Positions 37,751 through 49,267 of a stretch of 64,000 nt of DNA are shown piece after piece. The stretch covers positions 51,336,001-51,400,000 of the forward strand of contig NC_092346.1 of assembly GCF_963676685.1 (NCBI RefSeq). The letters are read 5' to 3'. The stretch's first letter is position 1. Every line of letters starts with the position of its first letter. The notes beneath the pieces are model-generated. The model did no database searches. It worked only from the letters and a program-made list of their open reading frames with translations, and had not been told where the DNA came from. This DNA is from Mytilus edulis (lineage: Eukaryota). Both the position numbers and the translations under genes were made by a program.

Positions 37751-37982
37751 GATTTTGACTTCTCAATATAAATGTCTCATTGATTTGAATATTCACTTGT
37801 TTCTTTGATTTTGACTTCTCAATATAAATGTCTCATTGATTTGAATATTCACTTGTTTCTTTGATTTTGACTTCTCAATATAAATGTCTCATTGATTTGA
37901 ATATTCACTTGTTTCTTTGATTTTGACTTCTCAATATAAATCTCTCATTGGTTTGAATATTCACTTGTTTCTTTGATTTGAT
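37750..37982. repeat. 56-bp tandem repeat x4
   Basis: Unit starts gattttgacttctcaatataaa at 37751, 37807, 37863 and 37919. Confidence 0.95.
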
Positions 37983-38562
37983 TTGCCAATAATAAAAGTG
38001 AGAATGGAAAGAGGGAATGTGCCAAAGAGACAACAACCCGACCATAGAAAAAAAAAAATAAAAAAAAAAATACAACAGCAGAAGGTCACCAACAGGTCTT
38101 CAATGTAGCGAGAAATTCCCGCACCCGGAGGCGTCCTTCAGCTGGCCCCTAAATAAATATATACTAGTTCAGTGATAATGAACGCAATACTAATTTCCAA
38201 ATTGTACACAAGAAACTAAAATTAAAATAATACAAGACTAACTAAGGCCAGAGGCTCCTGATTTGGGACAGGCGCAAAAATGCGGCGGGGTTAAACATGT
38301 TTGTGAAACATGTTTTGTTGCTTTTGGTTTGTCAATACAATGTCTCTTTAACTTGTATTTCAACACAACTGCTGTCCTGTTTCTTCCCTACATCTTTGCA
38401 ACTCATTTGTCCTTGTCTGTACAACTGTCTCGTTGGTTTTGATTTAGTCAAATAACTGCCTCATTCACATTGGTTTGAATTTGTCCATTCACTTGAGCTG
38501 TTGCTTTTGATTTGTCCATACAATGGCACTTGAATTTTCCTTCAATACAGGTTCTGTTGTTT

Positions 38563-40905
38563 TTAGCTCACCTGGCCCGAAGGGCCAAGTGAGCTATTCC
38601 CATCACTTTGCGTCCGGCGTCCGTCGTCGTCCGTCGTTCGTCGTCGTCCGTCGTCCGTCGTCGTCCGTCGTCCGTCGTCCGTCGTCGTTAACTTTTACAA
38701 AAATCTTCTCCTCTGAAACTACTGGGCCAAATCAAACCAAACTTGGCCACAATCATCATTGGGGTATCTAGTTTAAAAAATGTGTGGCGTGACCCGGTCA
38801 ACCAACCAAGATGGCCGCCACGGCTAAAAATAGAACATAGGGGTAAAATGCAGTTTTTGGCTTATAACTCAAAAACCAAAGCATTTAGAGCAAATCTGAC
38901 ATGGGGTAAAAATGTTTATCAGGTCAAGATCTATCTGCCCTGCAATTTTCAGATGAATCGGTCAATCGGTTGTTGGGTTACTGCCCCTGAATTGGTAATT
39001 TTGAGGAAATTTTGCTGTTTTTAGTTATTATCTTGAATATTATTATAGATAGAGATAAACTGTAAACAACAATAATGTTCAGCAAAGTAAGATCTACAAA
39101 TAAGTCAACATGACCAAAATGGTCAGTTGACCCGTTTAGGAGTTATTGCCCTTTATAGTCAATTTTTAACCATTTTTCGTAAATTAAAGTAATCTTTTAC
39201 AAAAATCTTCTCCTCTGAAACTACTGGGCCAAATTAATCCAAACTTGGCCACAATCATCTTTGGGGTATCTAGTTTAAAAAATGTGTGGCGTGACCTGGT
39301 CAACCAACCAAGATGGCCGCCACGGCTAAAAATAGAACGTAGGGGCAAAATGCAGTTTTTGGCTTATAACTCAAAAACCAAAGCATTTTGAGGAAATCTG
39401 ACATGGGATAAAAATATTTATTAGGTCAAGATCTATCTGCCCTGAAATTTTCAGATGAATCGGTCAATCGGTTGTTGGGTTGCTGCCCCTGAATTGGTAA
39501 TTTTGAGGAAATTTTGCTGTTTTTGGTTATTATCTTGAATATTATTATAGATAGAGATAAACTGTGAAAGCAATAATGTTCAGCACAGTAAGATCTACAA
39601 ATAAGTCAACATGACCAAAATGGTCAGTTGACCCGTGTAGGAGTTATTGCCCTTTATAGTCAATTTTTAACCATTTTTTGTAAATTAAAGTTATCTTTTA
39701 CAAAAATCTTCTCCTCTGAAACTACTGGGCCAAATTAATCCAAACTTGGCCACAATCATCTTTGGGGTATCTAGTTTAAAAAATGTGTGGCGTGACCTGG
39801 TCAACCAACTAAGATGGCCGCCACAGCTAAAAATAGAACATAGGGGTAAAATGCAGTTTTTGGCTTATAACTATGAAACCAAAGCATTTAGAGCAAATCT
39901 GACAAGAAGTTAAATTGTTAATCAAGTCAATATCTATCTGCCCTGAAATTTTCAGTTGAATCAGTCAACCCGTTGTTGGGTTGCTGCCCCATAATTGGTA
40001 ATTTTGAGGAAATTTTGCTGTTTTTGGTTATTATCTTGAATATTATTATAGATAGAGATAAACTGTAAACAGCAATAATGTTCATCAAAGTAAGATCTAC
40101 AAAAAGGTCAACATGACGAAAATGGTCAGTTGACCCGTTTAGGAGTTATTGCCCTTTATACTAATTTTTAACCATTTTTCGTAAATTAAAGTAATCTTTT
40201 ACAAAAATCTTCTCCTCTGAAACTACTGGGCCAAACTAATCCAAACTTGGCCACAATCATCTTTGGGGTATTTAGTTTAAAAAATGTGTGGCATGACTTG
40301 GTCAACCAACTAAGATGGCCGCCACAGCTAAAAATAAAACATAGGGGTAAAATGCAGTTTTTGGCTTATAACTATGAAACCAAAGCATTTAGAGCAAATC
40401 TGACAAGAAGTTAATTTGTTAATCAAGTCAATATCTATCTGCCCTGAATTTTTCAGATGAATTGGACAACTGGTTGTTGGGTTGCTGCCCTCCAAATGGT
40501 AATTTTTAAAGAAATTTTCCCGTTTTTGGTTATCTTGAATACTATTATAGATAGCGATAAACTGTAAACAGCAATAATGTTCAGCAAAGTAAGATCTACA
40601 AATAAGTCAACATGACCTTAATGGTCAATTGACCCCTTAAGGAGTTATTGCCCTTTATAGTCAATTTTTAACAATTTTCATTAATTTGGTAAATTTATGT
40701 AAATTTTTACCAAATATCGTTCTCTGTTACTAATGGGCAAATTTCATTATAGATAATATTGTAAGAAGCAAAATCGTTCAGAAAGTAAGAACTTCAAACA
40801 CATCACCATCACCAAAATACAATTTTGTCATGAATCCATTTGTGTCCTTTGTTTAATATGCACATAGACCAAGGTGAGCGACACAGGCTCTTTAGAGCCT
40901 CTAGT
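38563..40905 (+). mobile_element. Helentron-associated non-autonomous element (HINE) carrying four ~500-bp internal tandem repeats
   Basis: 5' hairpin tagctcacctggccc-gaa-gggccaagtgagcta, (cgt/ccgt)n microsatellite at 38618-38688, repeat units starting at ~38694, 39195, 39706 and 40197, 3' subTIR ggtgagcga plus hairpin aggctct-tt-agagcct, T-rich flanks. Partial minus-strand copy at 58785-59197. Confidence 0.88.
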
Positions 40906-41952
40906 TTGTCTTTTTTCCCCTTTGACTGTCTCACTACCTTTAATTACCAATACACCTGTAACTTTGATTTTGACGCCAATACACCAGTTTCATGCAATTT
41001 TTGTCGTAAAAGCGAGACAGCAATCCTTCATTCCATCGTCGTCTGCCTTGTCCATAAATATTCACTTGGGTTAAGTGTTTGAGATTTTGATAACTTTCTT
41101 AAATCAAAGTGCTGGATAGCACCTCTGGAAAGTTTGCAACTGTATATGTGCATTATTTCAAATAGGTTATAGACGTGTATTATTTCAAATATGTATTTAA
41201 TCACAGTTTTGATTTTTCAAACTAAACCATTATCTCGCAGCAATTTCCAAAAATCACTTTTTATGCCCCATTTATGGGCATTATGTTTTCTGGTATGTGC
41301 GTCCGTTCATCCGTCCGTCCGTCCTTTTATCTGTCTGTCCCATTCAGGTTAAAGTTTTTGGTTGAGGTAGTTTTTGATGAAGTTGAAGTCCAATCAATTT
41401 GAAACTTAGAACACACCCGTGATATTTGGGGTCCGTGACTGAACTAATGTATATAACTATGCGTAAGCCTTATTTTAGTATTGGGATTGTCATATGATAA
41501 AGTCATGCCCATTATAAGATGCAGTTTCCTCTGCTTTCAAAATCATTCTTTTTGAACCTGTCGACCTGGAACTTATCAATTATTGGTAATATTAATTATT
41601 CGGAAAACAAAAGGCCCTGAAGTATTTTTTAATTTTTTAATCAACATGCAGCATTGTCCTATATTTATTCATTTAGTTATAAATAAAGTTGAATTCTTTG
41701 ATTCGCTGTTTTATGTCATGCCCGCTAACAAATTGAAAACTGTACCTATACACCTTATTTTAAAAATTTTAGTATTCGTATTGTCATCTTAGAAAGTCTT
41801 ACTGATTAAAATACTACAATAGGGAACAATTTGACAATGATTGAATTTATTAGTGTCAACCCTGCAATTATGACTCGTGTATATAGCAAAATTCGAAATA
41901 CACCGTTTGGTGGTGCACCTGTCAGATGAGAAATGTACAGATAAGGTAATAG

Positions 41953-42100
41953 AAGAGGGACGAAAGATACCAAAGGGACAGTCAAACTCAAATATCTAAA
42001 ACAAACTGACAACGCCATGGCTAAAAATGAAAAAGACAAACAAACAACAGCACACACGACACAACATAGAAAACTAAAGAACAAACAACACGAACCCCAT
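41953..42100 (-). mobile_element. 5'-truncated SINE fragment with TSD
   Basis: aggtaatag duplicated at 41944-41952 and 42101-42109. Confidence 0.7.
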
Positions 42101-42869
42101 AGGTAATAGGTGAATATACATGTACTATTGGTATTGGTATCGGATTCGACCCTAAACTTTTGTACTCACTTGTGTACTATGGACACATTCTCGTTTTATA
42201 TATATACATATCTATACTTCTAAATCTAAAGACCGTTTTTATGTTCACCTGATAAATGTATAACCGAAGAAAGCTACAAGTCAAACTTATATAAAAGGGT
42301 AAATATACTTGATAGGGTATACTGAACATTTCACCCCTTTACATCTAGAATGGTAAAAGTGACGCCAACAAAATTCAAACTTGACTTGTGTTTTGTGTTT
42401 AATATAAGAATTGCGTATAAGTTTCATAAAATTTGGTTCATGCAAACTAAAGTAAGAGAAGAGAAATCAATTTTGGGATGCATGGACATACGTACAAGTA
42501 AGGGACGTACATATTTACAGAAAAAAACAAGGATAAAACTCAATAAGGTGGGGGCATAAAAATAGTAGTATGACCTCAGGAATAAAACGTTTATATAATT
42601 AGATTCATACAATGTTGATCTGAGGTGCTTATAACCCTGTAACACATTTTAGTTGCTGCTGTGTAATTACCATTGAAGCAATGACATTTGAGATTTTTGT
42701 TTTAAGCCATTCATTTGATATACTAGTAATCATTGCCTCTGTGTTAGGACGACACATTGTTAATTATAGGTCAATCTTAAAGAATCATACTGCCCCAGGA
42801 ATAAAGTCTGAGGATAAAAAGTTCTGGATCCGCCACTGCATTGTTAAGCACTAAGAAAGTCATTGTGCT

Positions 42870-43720
42870 ACTTACATGCTTCAAGCAAATAAGGCAAAAT
42901 TCCCAATAGAAAATGCTGACTCAACCTGTCCCATTTGCAGGATTGAAGAAGAAAACCTTATTCATTTCATTACAAGATGTCCTGTCCTCGAAGGTATCCG
43001 TAGAAAACACTATGGAACCATCAAGCAAGAGATAGTGAACAAAATTGGAAGCATTCAGTGGAATAACAAGTTCCGTGATAGAGACATTATATGCCAATTG
43101 ATAACAGACTGTAGGAAACTCACTGGAGAACATCTGCCCTATGATGCAGAGCTTATGAACAATATAGAGTCAACATCTCGTAAAATGTGCTATGATATGC
43201 ATGTAAAGCGTCTGAACGCAATGAACATAGATTAAAACAAAAGTGAATATGTACATGTACTCAGTATTAACCATAGTGACTAATCAATAGCTATCGTTTA
43301 TATATCATCTGTGTGCTTAGACTTTAGCATGCTTAACTATAGCATTATTGTAATTTGAATGGCTTAATCTGTGTGGCTTGGCTTACCTGCTAGATTAACA
43401 GTAGCAAATATTAGTGGCCTTGTCTTGCTGTGTTGTGCTGATTACAAAACCGTTTATATGAACACTTTTTAGCTTTTAAAAATTTCAGTCTGAAATTGTT
43501 AGTCTGTATATATTAACATTTAAAACAGTCCATAGTTTTATGATAGTTTTAAATAACATTCTATGTGGAATACTTTTAAAATGGATTATATTGTGCCGTG
43601 TTACATAAGCCTCACATTCTATATTGATATTTGTGCCCGTGTAATATAAGCCAACTATTTCTTAAAATCCGTTTGGATGTGCTCCTCATTAGCAGGAGGA
43701 AGATACAGAAAAGAAAAAGA
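42870..43720 (+). mobile_element. 3' fragment of a non-LTR retrotransposon (C-terminal CCHC knuckle, 3' UTR, A-rich tail)
   Basis: CPIC-x8-HFITRC motif in ORF 42876-43235 is typical of LINE ORF2 C-termini; ends in agaaaagaaaaagaa. Confidence 0.75.
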
Positions 43721-43882
43721 AGCTAGTACATGAACAAATGTTATTAGATCATTTTAATAATTTCTACAGCACTTGTCTTTAGCTTGACCTCGGTCTTGAT
43801 ACACTGAACTATAATATTCTAAGAAGTAGATGATGACTTGGTTGTTTTTAAATTATGCGGATGCTATGATAATTGTCATTAA

Positions 43883-44461
43883 GGTTCATCATAAGGAATT
43901 GAAAAATATGGCCGTGTTTACACCTCCAAAATTACTATGAGTACAGACAAACTGGTATATCCAGGAAAGTTTTAAGGCATGGCAGGAACTAGATATATAA
44001 AAGTTATATGAAGTCTACGTTTCAGAAAATTAAAAACTTACCTGGATTTTGATGTTCATTTTTTTCCAGTCTGCAGAAGATAGCAAAATAAACAAACACC
44101 CGAGTTTCATTTGATACGGTCCACTCAGTTACACAGTTAAATCACCTATTGTTTACAGGTGTCTATTGTCCATCTATTGTCCATTTAAATCAATACTACT
44201 CACAACATTGATTATATGAGGGGAGCTTCTCAATCGTTTTCACTACTTAGTTAATTTTTGCACCTTCTGCAGGAACGAAAAAAAATGGATAGCAAAATCT
44301 AGAAAAGTTTATAATTTTCTGAAACATAAAATGCATTTAAAATTTATATATCTAGTTCCTGCCATCCCTTAAAACTGTTGCAGGTGTATAGGTTAGTCTG
44401 TACTCAGAGTAAAATTTGGGGTGTAAATACGGCCATTTTAGCCAAAAGGTTATGATGAACC
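43883..44461. mobile_element. TTAA-flanked MITE (GG…CC termini, Kolobok-like)
   Basis: ttaa|ggttcatcataa…ttatgatgaacc|ttaa with long imperfect TIRs. Confidence 0.85.
43976..44368. mobile_element. Second TTAA-flanked MITE nested inside 43883-44461
   Basis: ttaa|ggcatggcaggaactagatatataaa…tttatatatctagttcctgccatccc|ttaa. Confidence 0.85.
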
Positions 44462-45357
44462 TTAAGACAATGTTTTTCTGTTGTCAGTTTGATCCACTTG
44501 AGCATGCTGAACGAGTGAAGGTCCTTATATCCACATTAGAATGTGAAACAGCTAGATATTTAAATAACGCAATAAAGTTTTCAAATGATTTTTGGCATCA
44601 AAACTTTCAGATCGATGTCAGTTTGGCAAAAACAATGCACTTTTCTATTAAAGCCGGTATTTACCTTTACTCGTCCTTGGCGTGAGACACAAGCCATATA
44701 ATTGTCGATTATTCTATATTCTATCACCTGTGTATTGTTAAAATAAATCAAACCATTATCACTTGTCAATTACTTGTTCTCGCATACCGGAATCTTTCGA
44801 TACACTCGGGCTTTTACTTATTCAATAATAAACAGTTGTAAATATCGTACATAGTAAAAAAAATAGTGCGGGAAAATGTTCATTCATGAAATATTCATGA
44901 ATGAAACGCTGTCTCGCGTAGATTTCTTTTGATTTTCTCTTCAGCCAATGGCCGATCCGCAAAGTAGTGTTTGTGATATTTATTTTCAAAATGATGTTAA
45001 CTCATCTGAATTGTCGGTGAACATTTATTCCTTTTTTTTCAAGCTGTAATCATTTCAAAAGATTAGCAACTCAAAATACCGGTATCCAAGAATCAGAATT
45101 CGAACACTAGTACTACATTATCATGGAGCAGAACATTGCGATAGTCTGTCTCATCAGAAGTTAAGGCTGATGCCTATGGAAAGTAGCTATAGCAAGCTAT
45201 AGCAAACTTTCCAAAAAATAGCATGGATTTATACCAAATATGGACATAACTTGTTTATGATAATAAGATAGTATCAAGAATTAAATATTGTAAAAAAAAT
45301 CCTGTTTATTCGTATTTTACTTATAAATGGACTTACAGACACAAGACAACATAAATA

Positions 45358-46198
45358 AACAGCTGTGCCATGAGCGCATGATACGCCCGACGTCTTGTGT
45401 GGAAGTTTTATGCAATAATCATAAATAGTTTCTGAGAAAGTTTTAAGCAATTACCATTTATTGCTTTTGAGACACGGTGGGACTTTAAACCCCCCACCCT
45501 GTTTTTTTTTTTTAAATATCACTAAAATAAAATTTTGAATCAAACCAAAAAGTATACAGATCTTTAGATTAATATAACAAAGAAGTGTGTAAAGTTTTAA
45601 GCAATAATCATAAATCGTTTTTGAGATACGGCACGACATGTAAAAACCCCCTCCCCCTTTTTTACAAAATACTCAATAACTCAAAAATGAAATTTTGAAT
45701 CATCACCAAAAGGTATACAGATCTTTAGATTAATATAACAAAGAAGTGTGTAAAGTTTTAAGCAATAATCATAAATCGTTTTTGAGATACAGCATGACAT
45801 GTAAAAAAAAACACCCTCCTTTTTTACAAAATACTCAATAACTCAAAAATAAAATTTTGAATCATCACCAAAAAGTATACAGCTATTAAGATTAATATAA
45901 CTAAGAAGTGTGTAAAGTTTTAAGCAATAATCAAGAATCGTTTTTGAGATACGGTGCGACATGTGAAAAAAAACACCCCCTGTTTTAGTTACAAAGTGCC
46001 GTAACTCAAAAAGTTTAAATCTTATTTTCACCAAAAAGTATACAGATCATTTGACCATCATAAAAAACAACTATATCAAGTTTCATGAAATTTAGATGTC
46101 GTTCTCAAGTTACGGTGCGACATGTTTACGCCGGACAGACAGACGGACATTTGTATACCATAATACGTCCCATCAAAATTTTGATGGGCATATAAAAA
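45358..46198 (-). mobile_element. HINE-like element with about four ~160-bp repeats
   Basis: gttttaagcaat units at ~45447, 45601, 45762 and 45924; ggacagacagacggac microsatellite; terminal hairpin cccatcaaaattttgatggg. Confidence 0.75.
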
Positions 46199-49106
46199 CT
46201 AGACTAAGCAACAAAAACCCCACCAAAAAGGGGGTGATCTACGGTGCTCTGGAACTATCCTGGATTTGCACCAAACTTGGACAGAAGCTTGTTTATGATC
46301 AAAATTTAGAATAGTATCTGCAAGGAAATTTTGTAAAAAAATATTTCCTTCTACCTATATTATTATAAATGGACTTTAGTTTTTTTCTTCCAGTTAACAT
46401 TACATACAGTTTGCAGTTAAATTTTTCAAAACATTTATTAGATTCATTAACCATCCGGAGTTTTACCAAACTTGGACAGAAGTTCTTACAATCAAAAGAT
46501 AGTATTTAGAGGAATTTTTTTAATAATGTTTTCCCCATAAACAAGAGCAAAAGTAGGCGAGACATGCGGAACCCTTTCAATTTTTTATATGGGTTAATAA
46601 CATGGTAACATTAATTTAGTATGATCTCATATTTATATAACCAAGATAAAAAATTTCATGACGAGACTTAATGTTTGATCTTGTTTTTGACAAGTGTCTG
46701 AATGAACTCTAAACCATACAAAAATATGAATAGGTCAGCAAGAAGCGCAGTTTGTTTCCAATGAAATGCTGTGCTGACAAATTAGAGTATTCTACAAAAA
46801 AAGCACGAACCTACAGGCATATCCTCATGAGTGGTGTATAAAACAAATAAAAAAACATCTAGAAGCAATGAAACAGTTGTATGAACAAATCAATGCAAGG
46901 AGAAAGGTTACAACTTGAAAGCACCATTCAGCAGCAATCAATAGCAAGGAGACAGTTGCATTGAAAAATCAAAAGCAAGACAGGAAAAGAAACCAGACAT
47001 GTTTAAGGACAACTCCTTTATTTTGTATATGAAGATGATTTCTGATATGGACTCGTTGATAATCAATTCATAAAAAGATTAACATTTATAGTGGCAATTC
47101 CTGAAACATCCATTCACTTCATAATACACACATTGGAATAAGAATTCAACAGCAATGGTCAAAATAAATATTTTTTTACTTGTGTACATGCCAATAATTG
47201 TACAATGTGTCCATAGTACACGAATGCCCCACTCACACTATCATTTTTTATGTTCAGTGGACCGTGGAATTGGGGTCAAAACTCTAATTTGGCTTTAAAA
47301 TTAGAAAGATCATATTATAGAGAACATGTGTACTAAGTTTAAAGTTGGTTGAGCTTCAACTTCATCAAAAACTACCTTGACCAAAAACTTTAACCTGAAG
47401 CTGGACAGACAGTTGGACAAACGAACAGACACAGAAACCAGAAAACATTATGCCCTTGGAAAAATATTTTGTTGTTAGCCCAAACTTCTTAATTTACTTC
47501 TTTTTTTTCTGAAATGTCTGGAAGATTTGTAATCCCTAAAACAAATGACAATGGCTTTGAGTTCAGCAGATACAACCAACATTCGGCAGCTAAATAATCA
47601 TCAGATTCCAATAGTATTATAATTTGTTTTAATTGGTTTATCAAAAAGTACAACAATGTTATGGATAACAACATTTAAACTTCTTGAAAAAAAAAGATCA
47701 TCTGTATCTTGACTATAGTTTTACATAAATTAATGACCTTTATACAGCACTGTACTACTTGGAATTATTTATGAAACAAAATGGTTGCAACTGAATCTCT
47801 AGGATTTCCTCAATGACACAATGGAAACGTCTGTTGAAGTCATTTTAAGATGTATCATGTCTTATTTAGGACAAAAAGAATTATTACATTTTCTTGGTCA
47901 TTGCAGATATATTTTCCAATCACTATGCAAACATTTACTATTTAAAACATTTTAATATGTCTTAATATTTTAATAATTGCGACTTAATAGAAAAAAGTTA
48001 TCAGCTATTTAAATGCAAAATTCAGTTTTGTTTGACTTTTTTTGATAAAATAAATCCATTAGTTTTGTTATTTTTGAAAGATAAATGGGAGACAACTCTT
48101 AAATTTAAAACCAAAAACAAAAAAATGTTGGTTGTTTTGTTTTACAATTTCTCCTTCTGTCCTTTTTAACACATATTTACAAAGCTATTTACATTATATA
48201 CACTACTATTTACAAAGTCTTATACATAAAATTATATAAAACTCATCAAAATATACATGATTTGACAACTAGGAATCTGGTGGATCAGTGTTTTACAATA
48301 TGTACATATTTACATAAACATCTTGCCATCTTCTTAAAATGAAAATAGCAATTCCATGTAAATGTTAAAATATGAAGAAATAAACTACACTGCTTGTGTT
48401 TTGGTTGTTTTTTTTTTCATTTATATAATAGAAAAATATAGAAGTCAATTTGAAACATGCATGTATATGAAAATGTTATTCTATCTTAATATATTAACAA
48501 TGGCACTGTGTTCCGAACAAATAAAATAGTATTCCAATTGATTTAAAAAAAACTTAAAAAAGGTTTTGGTAATTTCATGTTTTCAAATAACAAAATAAGT
48601 ATCATAGAGAAACAAGTGGCAATAAAAACTTATTCACAAGGTTTTGCATACATCAATTTTGACTACAGGACGAAACTTCAAGAATCAATAAGAGTTAAGG
48701 CTATCTCATAAGTGCTTATCAAAGGTGAGATCATTATGAACTTGAGTATTCTCTCATCTTAGCAGATTTGAATACATTTATTCCATTCTGTTCATTCATG
48801 TTTACCCTGACATTTAAACAAAATAATTTTTTTTTAAATATAATAAAAGTAGATTAAAATTAGTTGAATTTAGTTTAATAAAATTAGTTGAACTTAGTTA
48901 AATAAAAATTAGTTGAATTAAGTTTAATTAAAAAAAAAAAAAAAAAGCCAATTAAAATCTTCCAAAAATAAATTGAGCAATACATTTTCTAGTCAAACAT
49001 AATGATAATGGAAATTAGCTTCAAAATAAAAATAATACAACATATCAATGGACATGATTAATAACAAAATATAAGAGAATATTGCTCTGGATTAGTCAGA
49101 TTTGCA

Positions 49107-49267
49107 CTAGTATATTTTGGGGAATATTCTATATGGAACCCTCTCACAGTACCGATCCCAGCTGGCTTTGTACTTCTTAGCACAAACTTGTTCATCTCTT
49201 CTCTGACGATGAATGAGCAGAATTGTGAAGTATATTGGATAAAACCATACAATTGGTGTGGAAAACC
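49107..49267 (-). CDS. LBR: LBR coding exon 10 (terminal)
   Basis: [17 protein letters not shown]…[10 protein letters not shown] then TAG. Confidence 0.93.

Noticed and set aside
35151-37752. Several Cys/Phe/Leu-rich or Lys/Gln-rich ORFs
   Set aside because: Translations of the degenerate 31-bp satellite.
38523-39024. ORFs with RRPSS repeats
   Set aside because: They derive from the HINE microsatellite and core repeat.
42876-43235. 119-aa ORF as a host RING/zinc-finger gene
   Set aside because: The CxxC-x8-H-x4-C spacing and downstream A-rich tail fit a LINE ORF2 C-terminus.
30261-49107. Functional link between the ZF cluster and LBR (both chromatin-related, convergent)
   Set aside because: They are separated by ~19 kb of repeats, and adjacency in an animal genome is not evidence of a shared pathway without conserved synteny.
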